A DNA stretch of 64,000 nucleotides. It comes from Flectonema sp. DT1601 (Eukaryota). Shown here piece after piece: positions 23,201 through 33,694 of this stretch. The position numbers and the translations under genes are program-made. The number at the start of each line of letters is the position of its first letter. Within the stretch, counting starts at the first letter, position 1. The notes beneath the pieces are model-generated. The model saw only the letters and a list, made by a program, of their open reading frames with translations, was not told the DNA's origin and made no database searches. The stretch is from contig OZ025792.1 in NCBI GenBank assembly GCA_964019425.1, positions 310,001 through 374,000 of the forward strand. Direction: 5' to 3'.

Positions 23201-25941
23201 ATATTTAGTAAATCATGAGAATTTCTAAGCTACCCCGAATCGGTTCGATATAAAAGTTGTATATCTTCACAGGGGTGGTAGGAAACAGACTCATTATAAT
23301 ATTCCTTTTCTTCCTCGTTGATAATAAACTACTATTCGGAGGTTGTACAGTAGTTGTATTCAAAAAAAAACAAATCAGGAAGAAAACGTATGGAGATGTG
23401 GATCGTCTTGCCGCTACTATTAAAGGACGTACCTTTCTAGAAAGGAAAGCCCTACAACAAAAACAAAAAAACAAAAAAAAGAAAACAAGCGTTCAGAGCT
23501 CGTGATTGCTTCCATTCATTCAAACACCTCAAGTGTAGCAATTTGCACTTTCATTTAAGAAAGGAACAGGGCACGTATGCCAAAATATCATTATTTTCCC
23601 CCCGAAGATGCCAGTTGGGTTAAAGAGAGCGTACTTATCTTGTCCTTTAGGTAGAATTTAAAACCAAATAAGACAGCTACGGGCTACCTTTTTTCAATGA
23701 TGATTTGATTCCCCCCAAAAAAAAGGGTGATAGAAGCAGTTTGTGAACATGTCGTTGAGCGAAAAACCATTCTATTCAAAAGTTGAATGCACAAACAGAA
23801 ACTACAAAGCAAACCATACTTTGAAAGGGGGTAAATTGATATTTTTTTTTGAGGTTGGAAGGGTAAATTGTTACTTTCTTTGAGGGTCGTAAAAACAACT
23901 AAAAGAACTGGCCCTAAACTGCGCGTAGTACACGATTGCAAAATAAAATACTGCTGGAGGTTATGTGAAAAGTATTGAGAACTTCCTGTCAATTGCATAA
24001 GTTATGAGTAAACACATCAAAAACGAAAGGGAGGGGAAAAGTCACTATATCAGCTTCGTTCCCAAAGATATCTACCTATTCGGCAAGTTAAACAGAAGTG
24101 TGGTTCGGTTCCCTTTTTTTTTTTTTTTTCTATTTTCGGGATAATGGAAACACTTCTCTTCATCTTTCGGGAAAAAGAAAATTGGTAACATGAACGTGTT
24201 AAAATACTGCAGGAAAGAACAACTCACGCCGATGGTTCATACTCGAAATCTAATAGAGTGAGGTGTCAGCAGTCTGGGTGATCTGCAAACAAAAAAAAAT
24301 TTCATCGCTTGTGAGTTTTTTTATTTTTTATTGGAAAGAACGACTTATTTTTATAGTAGTCAAATAACCCACCCTCAGTAACGGATTTATCGATAGAAGG
24401 AACGGGCTAGGAAGACTTATCTTTGTACCGTTAAAACAGATGTACCGCCTCACTGACTGGTGTCTCCAAACGAGGGGTTTTGTCGCTGGAATTACAAGAT
24501 TGATCCTCATGAAATTTGAAGCTTTTTTTGTTGTTGTTGTTTGACACACGGGATATTCGCTTATTCACGACTTGTTAAGTCAGTCGATGTAGAAAAGTAA
24601 AAAAAGAGAAGAAAAAAAACAGGCACGTTAAATTACTAAATGGGAACACTTTTTTTTTTTTTTTTTTTTCCCCTCTTGGCGTAAATTATTTGGTGATACT
24701 TTCAAAAATGATGTTTGCAAAATTTCCAACTTCCTCGTTATTATTATTTTTTTTTGTTGTATTCATTCTTCTCATAAACCAAAAAAAAGAAAAAGGGAAT
24801 GTATTGGAGGGGAGAGAGAAAAAAAAAAAAAGACGAAGAAAGAAAAAATAGAACAAAGACTCGCAATAAGGATCAAATATTTAGTACTTTTTTTTTATCC
24901 CCATAAACCAAAAGGGGGTATGAGTATTGATATAACACTATGGCCACAAAAGGAAGGCTCACTGTAAGAGACAAGGGTGGGAAGGTCTTCTTAGTTGCGT
25001 AATACAATAATGCTTCTTTTTTTTTTTTTTTTCTCTTAAATATTTCATCTTTTGTATCAATCTCTTTTCACAAGGAAGCTACGTTAATTTAAAAAAAAAA
25101 AAAAAAAAAAATAGATAATAATTATTGATGAGTTTCAGTAGCTTTACTAAGTTACCTTAAGTTTAAAAAAAAAAAAAAAAAAAAAACTTGCGCATACAAA
25201 CTACCTTGCCTATGTATTCGTATGTGATGCTTGTCCTTTTTTTTTTTTTTTTTTGTTGTTGTCTTTCTTTGCCTTTACTGACTAACAAACAAAGAACAGG
25301 ATACACGTATTTATTGGAAATCCTAATAATAAGAAGAAAAAAAAAAGAAAACAACGATGGGGGGGAAAAAAAAACAAATACAGACTGAAAAAAAAGAAAC
25401 ACAAAACATACAACAAAACAAATCAACTTTACTGTGGAGGGGGAATCCAGCCTAGTATCCTCGTTGCTTAATCCAGAACGCCAACTGATGCGAGAATCGG
25501 AAAGACGTGTGAGCGTTCGTTCGAAAAGAAAAAGATAACAATAATAGCATAAAAATACAAAAAAAAAAAAAAAGGGGGGGAAAGAAAAACGGAAACGGGG
25601 GATTCAACCAAAACACCTACTACGAGTCTGCACCCATACTAAAGTGCAAGCTCTGCCTTGGTACCCGCAAACGGGGGGTTAGAACCCATGTTGTCCAACT
25701 AAAATCCCTCTAACAACATCACATTACTCCCTGGGAATATACTTGTCCCAACGACGAGCATCATTTTTCGCCGGGGGGGGGATTTTTTTTTATTTTTTTT
25801 TATTTCATTAGTGTAACACACACATATAAAATATGTTATGTCAATCTCAATATAAAAACTAGGAAAAAAGAATTAATAAAAAACAGAACAAGAAAAAAGA
25901 ATGGAAAAAAAAAAAAAAAAGTTGTGAACTTTCTCTTTTTT

Positions 25942-28900
25942 TTACAATAAAATATCTTCGTCTGTAGCCGTTTCCAGCATTCGCTGACTCAGCGGTGCCA
26001 GTGGAGATTGAGAAGAAACGTTATACGCTTTAAGAGATCTGTACGATAATTGTCCAGACTCGTTACTGAGTGGTGTCTTAAGACCATCGATATCAAGAAG
26101 AGGTATGCGAAATGGAAGAATACTAGTTATCGCTGGAGCAATTGCAGAACTACCCAGAATCGAACTGGACGCTTCAGGCAGCAGGTCGTTAATAGTTGAG
26201 ACAGATAGTTTTAGTGAGTCTTCTGAAGGACATGCTGGATTTGTAAGAGGACTTGGCGAGTGTTCTTCTTCCGCAAAGCTCATTGCGTCATGGGGATTGC
26301 TTATGCCATCTTTGTTTAAAGCGTCAAGCATCATTTCATAATCATCATTCCACGCAATGTCATCTGATGCCATGTCTGAAGTTCGTCCACCTTTTTCAAT
26401 GAATCTAATGTGACGTCCTTGGGCAACCTTTCTCCTAGACCTCTCGACGTAAACCAATAATGCGATATCAACAAGACACTTCAATATAGCAATACACGCA
26501 GTTACGATTAGGATCGTATCTGCTGCCTTCAAATGAAAATCCGACACGTTATCACCTGAATATCCGTAGGCTAGAATACCCAAAGAGCAAGAACTCATCA
26601 CTGAAATAAAGGCAGTACCGTGAATGTCAAACTTACTTAAATAGACGCCGCTGTATAAAACAATAACAGCTAACACTATGAATACAACAGCTAGTGCTGC
26701 AGCTAAGTCTTTGCATACAGAGATTGACACGTTTTCAATCGCTGAAATTGTGCCCAATACAAATGATATAACAAGTTCTACGACGAGATACCAACATAGT
26801 CTTGGTCGGTACGATTCAAAAAGCACTCCCCATTTCGCAATGCTGTCGTATCTAGATACTGAAACCCATTCTCCAGGTCCGAATAAATATTGTACAGCAC
26901 GAGACCCACTTAACTTTACAAAACGACTACGCGGAACATTCCGCCTTACCTTCATTAGTGATATGAATATAAACCCAATCACAAACATAACACCAGATAA
27001 AACTCCAAGGGCTTTTGCAGATGGACTTTTTCCTGCAATCATTAACTTCATACAAGCAGTGCAGACACCCTGGAATACATATATCATAATAAATACCGTA
27101 ACATTAGGAAACCGTGTTTTTGCACACATTGACGAAACTAACGGTCTTTGTAAGAAAGATGTACTTTTACCAAACGATGGTGTCTCGGTGTTGAAAGAGC
27201 ATTCTCCTATAGGTAAATCATGAAGTGGGCTTGGTAGAGGTATGTCTTCGTTGTAGTGAACACGGATTAATAATATCAACACGTGTAATAAATACAACAG
27301 GAGTATCACACTAAAAGCTCCCAAGAGTATTCCAAGGTTTACTGAGTCTGCGTCAGGTCCTAAATTTATATTTATCGGAGAAATACTTCTACTAGAACTA
27401 CCATAAGCAACTCGACAAACATCAGTCGCTCCGTGAAGTCTTGCAGCAGTCATGACCATGGTGGGTGAGAACGTTAGTATACTTAAACCAGAAAGGGTAC
27501 TCGTTAATATAGTAACAGCTGGATGTTTATCAATAATATAATACTGAGGAGCTATCGCATCCAACACTGCAGTAATCGTAGGTTCGATGTATGCTGCAGA
27601 ACAGCTACAGTTTCCATCATTAGCGAGACGCCCCCACTTTGGGATGTCAGAATCAACTTGACAGTTGCATGGATTTGGTTCACAGTTAGGAAATGAAGTA
27701 CCAGTTACGTCATACTTACATTTATTACACTTCTCACCATTGACACCGTCATTACATTTACAAGAGCATTTGTTTGATGAGATTTGTGTTGCGAGTGTTC
27801 CTTCCAAGTGACATTGTAGGTCACTCATAGAACAGACTTTACAAGTTGGAAATCCTGCGTATCCTGCAACACAAGAATTGCAATCGTTGACAACGTTGAA
27901 TCCTTCTTTACATATTTCACAAGTCTCACCTGACCAGGCATTTTCGCAAACACATTCACAAACACCATCTTTTACTATAGTCCGTGAAGTGTGTACAGAA
28001 CACTTCAAAGAATCACAAGTAGAACTACCACAACTCGGATAGTTAAGACTCACATCAACACAATTATCACATCTATTCTGATTATACTGTGATGGACACG
28101 AAGAACATTGTTCTCCTTCCCATTGATCTTTACACGTACACTTACAGGTGTTATTTTCAACGGAAAATGACTCAGAATGCTTTCCACAATAGTGTTTACA
28201 ACTTGTACATGTCGGGTAATTAAATCGACCAGGAGCACATGTAGCACACTCAGCTTGCGAATAGATTTCCGGACACTGAGAACAGTCTGATCCTGTCCAG
28301 TTGTTAACACAGTCACAAGAGCAGACTGTCGCTAATCCTCCTGTTGATGATACAGTGAGAGAGTGACCTGAACAGTCTGTTTGAATATCACAAGTTCGAC
28401 ACTGTTGAGTTAATGAATTAAAAACAGAAGTGCTATCACAATAATTACAAGTTACTCCAGTGTATGGTTCTGGACAACTCTGGCACTTCACACCTGTCCA
28501 ATAATTATCACATTGACATTCACAGGTACCGTTACTATTCTTCCTTACTGTTAATGCTTGATTATTACAGTCAACCTCTACAGTACAGTCACCACATGAA
28601 GGATACGTACGAGTAGAGTCTGCACAGGTACTGCAGGTACCAGTTGTTTGGTCGTACTTTGAAGGACACGTGTCGCACAGTCTTCCTCCCCAACTTCCGC
28701 TGCATTCACATTCACACTTGTCTGTTGCTCTGTTAATGTGAACTGCAGTTGCACTGCCACACATTGCAATATTGCACATCACACAGTTAGGGAAGTCAGC
28801 TCTTCCTGGAGCACAACTATTACATTTTGTACTTTCAAATCTTGAAGGACAGACATCACAGTTATCACCAGTCCAGTGTGCAGTGCATTTACAAACACAA

Positions 28901-30453
28901 TTATCGTTAACTGATGAGACCTCTGTTGCTCTGTTATTACAGTTAGTCTGAATAGTACATTGGTTACATGTTGGATATCCATATGTTCCATTTATTCCTG
29001 ACTTACATTTATCACATGTTGTTTGATTATATATATTCGGACAATTAGTACAGTCTGGTGATAACCATTGACCATCACAATCACAGAAACAAACATCACT
29101 CGGAGGAACAGAAGTGACAGTCACTGCTTTATTAGAACAATGAAGGGATATTGAGCAGAGGCTACAAACCGGATAATTTATGTAACCAGGTCTGCATGAT
29201 AAACAATCAGCTGAAAATTTAATCTGCGAACAGCTATTACATGCTGGACCCGAATAAGGAACTGTGCAACCCGCACAGAAACATCCGTCTCCAGTACTGT
29301 TGGGAAATGCCAAACGAGATCGGTTATAGCAGTGGTCTTCCACGGTACAGAATTCACATTTATTTGCAATCTTCGCGTACCTGAAGTTATCACAATCCGC
29401 GCATGTTCCTTGATCATATTGCACTGGGCAGTTATCGCATTGACTTCCTTCCCAATAATCAGAACAGACACCACAAAGACAAACTCCACCTGATGCTACA
29501 ATCGTACTAGCAGCATTACCATTACAGTCTAGTGTGTTATTACACTTTCGACATGATGCGTTGTCCAGGATGTACCCATTTGCTTCATCACATTGGCTAC
29601 AATTGCTGCCTGTGAATCCGGTTTTGCACTCGCAAACACATTGTGTGTGTACATTGTTTGTTGAGACAACATTAGCATTTCCATTGCAATGTGTGATGAT
29701 ATTACATTGTTCATCACAGCTTTGTAAAGTCGTGATGTAACCATTAGAGCATCCCTGACAGTTATTGGTTTCATTATATTGAGGTGGACATGTAGAGCAG
29801 TCAGGAAGGTTCCAGTTATTAGCACAAACACAATCACAACCAGGGCTTAATACAGTTCCTTGAGATACTGAGGTTGCATGGGAGTTGCAATTTTGGGAAA
29901 TCGTACATTCCGTGCAATTAGGATTCGAAGTTAAGCATGTTTGGCAATCTGTATGATAAGTGTCAGGACAGTAGCTGCAGGCATTGCCGTACCAGTTGTC
30001 TTCGCATGAGCAACAGGCGGAGTTTGATTGACTTATTGAGTTTTTAATACCGTTTTCACAACCTAACCAGGCGCAGTACTGATTCGAAGAACATTCTCCA
30101 GCGAAGTAGAAACACTCAGCGCGGTAGTTGTTACATCCAGCTTCATTTCCTCTGAAACTAATGCAACCCAATTCAAAATAACACTCTTGAGAACTTTGAT
30201 CCCAATCACAGTAGGATATCTTACCACAATCAGATTGATGTAGATCTCTACATAAATATCTACTTCTACATACGTACACTGCTGGTGTTCTTACACCTCC
30301 CCACCAATCAAACCAAGTACAACCAACGAGTGTATCACAAGTTGACTTATCAGAAATGCTATCGCAGTTGGTGTATGGTTCAAAAGCTAGGAATGGTTCT
30401 CCCTGAGTAGAGGGCAAACAGAGTAGTATTAATAATATTATGAATTCCTTCAT
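25942..30453 (-). CDS. Large Cys-rich (laminin/EGF-like repeat) surface protein with C-terminal multi-pass membrane domain
   Basis: Signal peptide from ATG 30453 (MKEFII); more than ten ~65-aa units with C.C...W.G..C..CP..Y; about seven hydrophobic helices near the C-terminus. Confidence 0.85.
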   Translation of the reverse strand: MKEFIILLILLCLPSTQGEPFLAFEPYTNCDSISDKSTCDTLVGCTWFDWWGGVRTPAVYVCRSRYLCRDLHQSDCGKISYCDWDQSSQECYFELGCISFRGNEAGCNNYRAECFYFAGECSSNQYCAWLGCENGIKNSISQSNSACCSCEDNWYGNACSYCPDTYHTDCQTCLTSNPNCTECTISQNCNSHATSVSQGTVLSPGCDCVCANNWNLPDCSTCPPQYNETNNCQGCSNGYITTLQSCDEQCNIITHCNGNANVVSTNNVHTQCVCECKTGFTGSNCSQCDEANGYILDNASCRKCNNTLDCNGNAASTIVASGGVCLCGVCSDYWEGSQCDNCPVQYDQGTCADCDNFRYAKIANKCEFCTVEDHCYNRSRLAFPNSTGDGCFCAGCTVPYSGPACNSCSQIKFSADCLSCRPGYINYPVCSLCSISLHCSNKAVTVTSVPPSDVCFCDCDGQWLSPDCTNCPNIYNQTTCDKCKSGINGTYGYPTCNQCTIQTNCNNRATEVSSVNDNCVCKCTAHWTGDNCDVCPSRFESTKCNSCAPGRADFPNCVMCNIAMCGSATAVHINRATDKCECECSGSWGGRLCDTCPSKYDQTTGTCSTCADSTRTYPSCGDCTVEVDCNNQALTVRKNSNGTCECQCDNYWTGVKCQSCPEPYTGVTCNYCDSTSVFNSLTQQCRTCDIQTDCSGHSLTVSSTGGLATVCSCDCVNNWTGSDCSQCPEIYSQAECATCAPGRFNYPTCTSCKHYCGKHSESFSVENNTCKCTCKDQWEGEQCSSCPSQYNQNRCDNCVDVSLNYPSCGSSTCDSLKCSVHTSRTIVKDGVCECVCENAWSGETCEICKEGFNVVNDCNSCVAGYAGFPTCKVCSMSDLQCHLEGTLATQISSNKCSCKCNDGVNGEKCNKCKYDVTGTSFPNCEPNPCNCQVDSDIPKWGRLANDGNCSCSAAYIEPTITAVLDAIAPQYYIIDKHPAVTILTSTLSGLSILTFSPTMVMTAARLHGATDVCRVAYGSSSRSISPININLGPDADSVNLGILLGAFSVILLLYLLHVLILLIRVHYNEDIPLPSPLHDLPIGECSFNTETPSFGKSTSFLQRPLVSSMCAKTRFPNVTVFIMIYVFQGVCTACMKLMIAGKSPSAKALGVLSGVMFVIGFIFISLMKVRRNVPRSRFVKLSGSRAVQYLFGPGEWVSVSRYDSIAKWGVLFESYRPRLCWYLVVELVISFVLGTISAIENVSISVCKDLAAALAVVFIVLAVIVLYSGVYLSKFDIHGTAFISVMSSCSLGILAYGYSGDNVSDFHLKAADTILIVTACIAILKCLVDIALLVYVERSRRKVAQGRHIRFIEKGGRTSDMASDDIAWNDDYEMMLDALNKDGISNPHDAMSFAEEEHSPSPLTNPACPSEDSLKLSVSTINDLLPEASSSILGSSAIAPAITSILPFRIPLLDIDGLKTPLSNESGQLSYRSLKAYNVSSQSPLAPLSQRMLETATDEDILL

Positions 30454-31433
30454 GTTATAATCGATACATACACGAACCACCTGGGGAGAAACGAAAGTTT
30501 AAAACAAGATAAACTAATAAGATAAAATGCTACTTAAAAAAAAACACTTGCGGACGACACGAGGAGAGTGAGGGCCTCTTTTTTTTTTTTTTTTCTTTTT
30601 CCTCCTTATATTGTATTTTGTTTTCCGTATCCTTTCTTTTTTTTTTTTTTTTTTTTTTAAATTTCGCATGTATTCGCACCTACTTCTCCCTCCTCGTGGT
30701 TTCATCGTCAGCAGATACTTCCTTAAAATAAGTTTTTTTTTTTTCTTTTATCTTCCTTCATTGTCTTTTCAAGTCAAAAAAGACTATTTTCTTGTCCTTT
30801 TCTTTGCATTCCTACTGAATTCCTCTCCAGAAAAGAATGGGGAGAGAGAGAGAGAGAAAGAGAGAGGGAGGAGAGTAAATAAATCGCAAAAAAAAATAAT
30901 CACCGTTAATAAACTTATCAACTAAGTATTCGTTTAAAATGATGTAGATACACAAATAGTAGAAATCAGACTCTTGATTACTAAAATACATTTCCCAGGA
31001 CAGCGATGATGAGATGCACCAAATCGCTTTCGTTTTTCTTGGGTGATGTAAGCAACGGCAAACAGTAATCAAAGTACGAGAAAGTAGGGGTCGAAAGCTT
31101 TTCACTTCATCAGGTTTCGTATTGTGTGCACTGTATCACGTTAGAGCCTACCAAGAAGATGAGCATCGAAAATTTTCAAAAAAAAAAAAAAAAAAAATGA
31201 ATCAGCCATCGGTAAGACGACAAAATCAACATTAACTAATAGTAGGTAGTAACCACAGCTAAGAAGGACTCGGTCCGTTCATTATTATTAATGAAAGAAA
31301 AGAAAAAAAAAGTAACAACAAAAAAGAAAACCAGCAAAGGTCGCATCATTCGTGTGCACATTGTTGAGATAATTAAGAAAATAAACCAAAACTCAAATAT
31401 GAAAAGAGAGAAACAAAAGAATAGAGAAGTTAA

Positions 31434-32813
31434 TTATCGTGGGCTGACTCTTGGACTGGTTGAGGCTCTGGATGGTGGCTTCTTTCCTTTATTGAGTTGA
31501 ACTCTTCTTTCGTAGTTTTTAGAACACTCTGGATGTACCTCAGCATTTCCGAATGATCCAGTGATTTTAACAACTGTATCACCAAGGAGTTTACCACACT
31601 CTTCACATCTAGGACCTGGGGCTTTAGCTTCCATTCGATTCTTACAGCTGCTATGGACGTGTACGAGACGAGTACCTTTAGGCTCTTTAACCATCACAGG
31701 TGAGTCATCAGCCTTGAATCGCTGAAGACAGTGTTCACATCTACCAAGTCCTGTTGTTCCGCATCCAGTGTCGCGAGAGTGTTTCTTTTCGAATCTAGCT
31801 TGGCACTTTGTGTGTACATTAACCATTCCCCAGTTACCTGAAGTTGTAACCATCGGTTCTGATGTAGATGTTCCACACTCTGCACACTTGACACCTTTAC
31901 TACTTGCAAGTGGTGTTGATCCTCTTGGTGATCTTCTTGGTGAAGGATTAAATCCAGTTGATGGTTTTACTTCACGTTCTTTAGATTTCTTTGACATTTC
32001 CTTCTGTAAATTCTTTTCAAAAATATCACAACAGTTCTCATGGAGCATGGCTTCACCATGAGGACCTGTTAGTCTGACGCATTCATTTATCAGGGGCTCT
32101 TCACATTGAGTGCAACGATCAGCATTTCTTTGAATCCAATCGTTTTTACATTCGATATGCATTTCAGTACGAACTTTCTGACCTGGTAGAGCAACAGCAA
32201 CGATGTTGTTTGCCATGTATCCCTTGCAATGTCCGCAAGGGCGAGCATTCTCTGAGATCCAATCTTCCTTACAATCCGGGTGTAACATGACACCTCTTTT
32301 CTCTCCAGGAAGGGTAAACTGGATAGCACGGTCAGCTGGTTGAAATTTTTTGTAACAGAATTCACAACTTCCAGTGATCTTCGTTACTACTGTGACAGTT
32401 GGTTCTAATCTACGTGGTGATGGGATAGGACTTCCATTTTTGCCTCCAAAACGACTTTGATATTCAGACTGATAACGTGATGGAGGTGATGAAGTTAACT
32501 TTCCAGACACAAGTTGTGCAGGTGGTTCAATATCTATTTTGACAGCAGCTTTTGGTGTCGGTTTCGATTCAGGTACAGCACCACCACCACCGGCCTTTAA
32601 TTCTTCAATCTTCTGCCAAAGAGCTTTTCTATCACCCAAAGCACCAATGTTTAATTCATCCTTAAGGTCTGGTTTAGTTAGATCCATGAGGTCACCTCCA
32701 GCAATCTTATTATCAACAAATATACTCTTCAAGTGTCCCAGTTGGTTGCTCTCCAACCATGACGCTACTTGAGCGGTACTCCACGTGTTTGGGGATTGTT
32801 TCGCCAAAGGCAT
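31434..32813 (-). CDS. SAM-domain protein with six CxxC...HxxC zinc fingers, 459 aa
   Basis: SAM: WSTAQVASWL...F.DNKI.G..L..L...DLKDELNIGALGDR. Fingers: CEFC/HPDC, CGHC/HIEC, CTQC/HENC, CAEC/HTKC, CEHC/HSSC, CEEC/HPEC. Confidence 0.85.
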   Translation of the reverse strand: MPLAKQSPNTWSTAQVASWLESNQLGHLKSIFVDNKIAGGDLMDLTKPDLKDELNIGALGDRKALWQKIEELKAGGGGAVPESKPTPKAAVKIDIEPPAQLVSGKLTSSPPSRYQSEYQSRFGGKNGSPIPSPRRLEPTVTVVTKITGSCEFCYKKFQPADRAIQFTLPGEKRGVMLHPDCKEDWISENARPCGHCKGYMANNIVAVALPGQKVRTEMHIECKNDWIQRNADRCTQCEEPLINECVRLTGPHGEAMLHENCCDIFEKNLQKEMSKKSKEREVKPSTGFNPSPRRSPRGSTPLASSKGVKCAECGTSTSEPMVTTSGNWGMVNVHTKCQARFEKKHSRDTGCGTTGLGRCEHCLQRFKADDSPVMVKEPKGTRLVHVHSSCKNRMEAKAPGPRCEECGKLLGDTVVKITGSFGNAEVHPECSKNYERRVQLNKGKKPPSRASTSPRVSPR

Positions 32814-32893
32814 TTGATTGCTTATATAGCTTTTTAGTTATGAAACTAACCTGCGGAGGGGTTAAAGGTATGGTAATGGTTGATTATCTTTTG

Positions 32894-32932
<39 letters not shown>

Positions 32933-33260
32933 TTTTTTTTTGCATTTTTCAAGTAAAACTTGTGAAGCTGCAAAAAAAAAAAAGGGTACGGAATACTACT
33001 AAATAAAAAGAGGTACCATACTGTGGAGAATATAGCACCGAAAAGTGTGCGTGACATGAAATCGGTGACAAAAGATAGGCAAAGAAATACAATGCAGCGG
33101 TTGTATTTATTCCGTGACGTGTTGCAAAAGAGAGGCATTCAAACAACCAACTACGGACGAGAGAAGATGTGGTGTTCAGAACAAGCTACTATTTTCTGAA
33201 GGTTTTTCTAGTTAGTTAGCAAAATTTCTGGAAACTACGTGCTATTACTTATCGAAATGG

Positions 33261-33683
33261 TGTTTAACCATTTTGAGGTGACGGACTACAAGTACGTCGG
33301 GAAATAAAATCTGAGACCTGCAGAATACCATAAAAACAGGTGCGCATCTCACACCAGCACGCAGCAGAGACACTGTCTTCACGTACAATTTTCTGAGGTT
33401 TATAATTACTTTTGCTTTATTTATAGAAATGTTTAACCATTTTGAGACAACGAACTACAAGTACGTCGGGAAATAAAATCTGAGACCTGCAGAATACCAT
33501 AAAAACAGGTGCGCATCTCTCTTCACACCAGCACGCAGCAGAGACACTGTCTTCACGTACAATTTTCTGAGGTTTATAATTACTTTTGCTTTATTTATAG
33601 AAATGTTTTACCATTTTGAGACAACGAACAAGTACGTCGGGAAATAAAATCTGAGACCTGTGGAATGCTATTAAAAACAGGTG
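33261..33683. repeat. Tandem repeat, ~170-bp unit x ~2.5, just downstream of the helicase stop codon
   Basis: Units start at 33261, 33430 and 33604 (TGTTTWACCATTTTGAG...AGTACGTCGGGAAATAAAATCTGAGACCTG). Confidence 0.92.
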
Positions 33684-33694
33684 TGAGCAGGTAT

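Noticed and set aside
33261..33683. CRISPR array
   Set aside because: Long units without unique spacers, no cas genes and a eukaryotic context.
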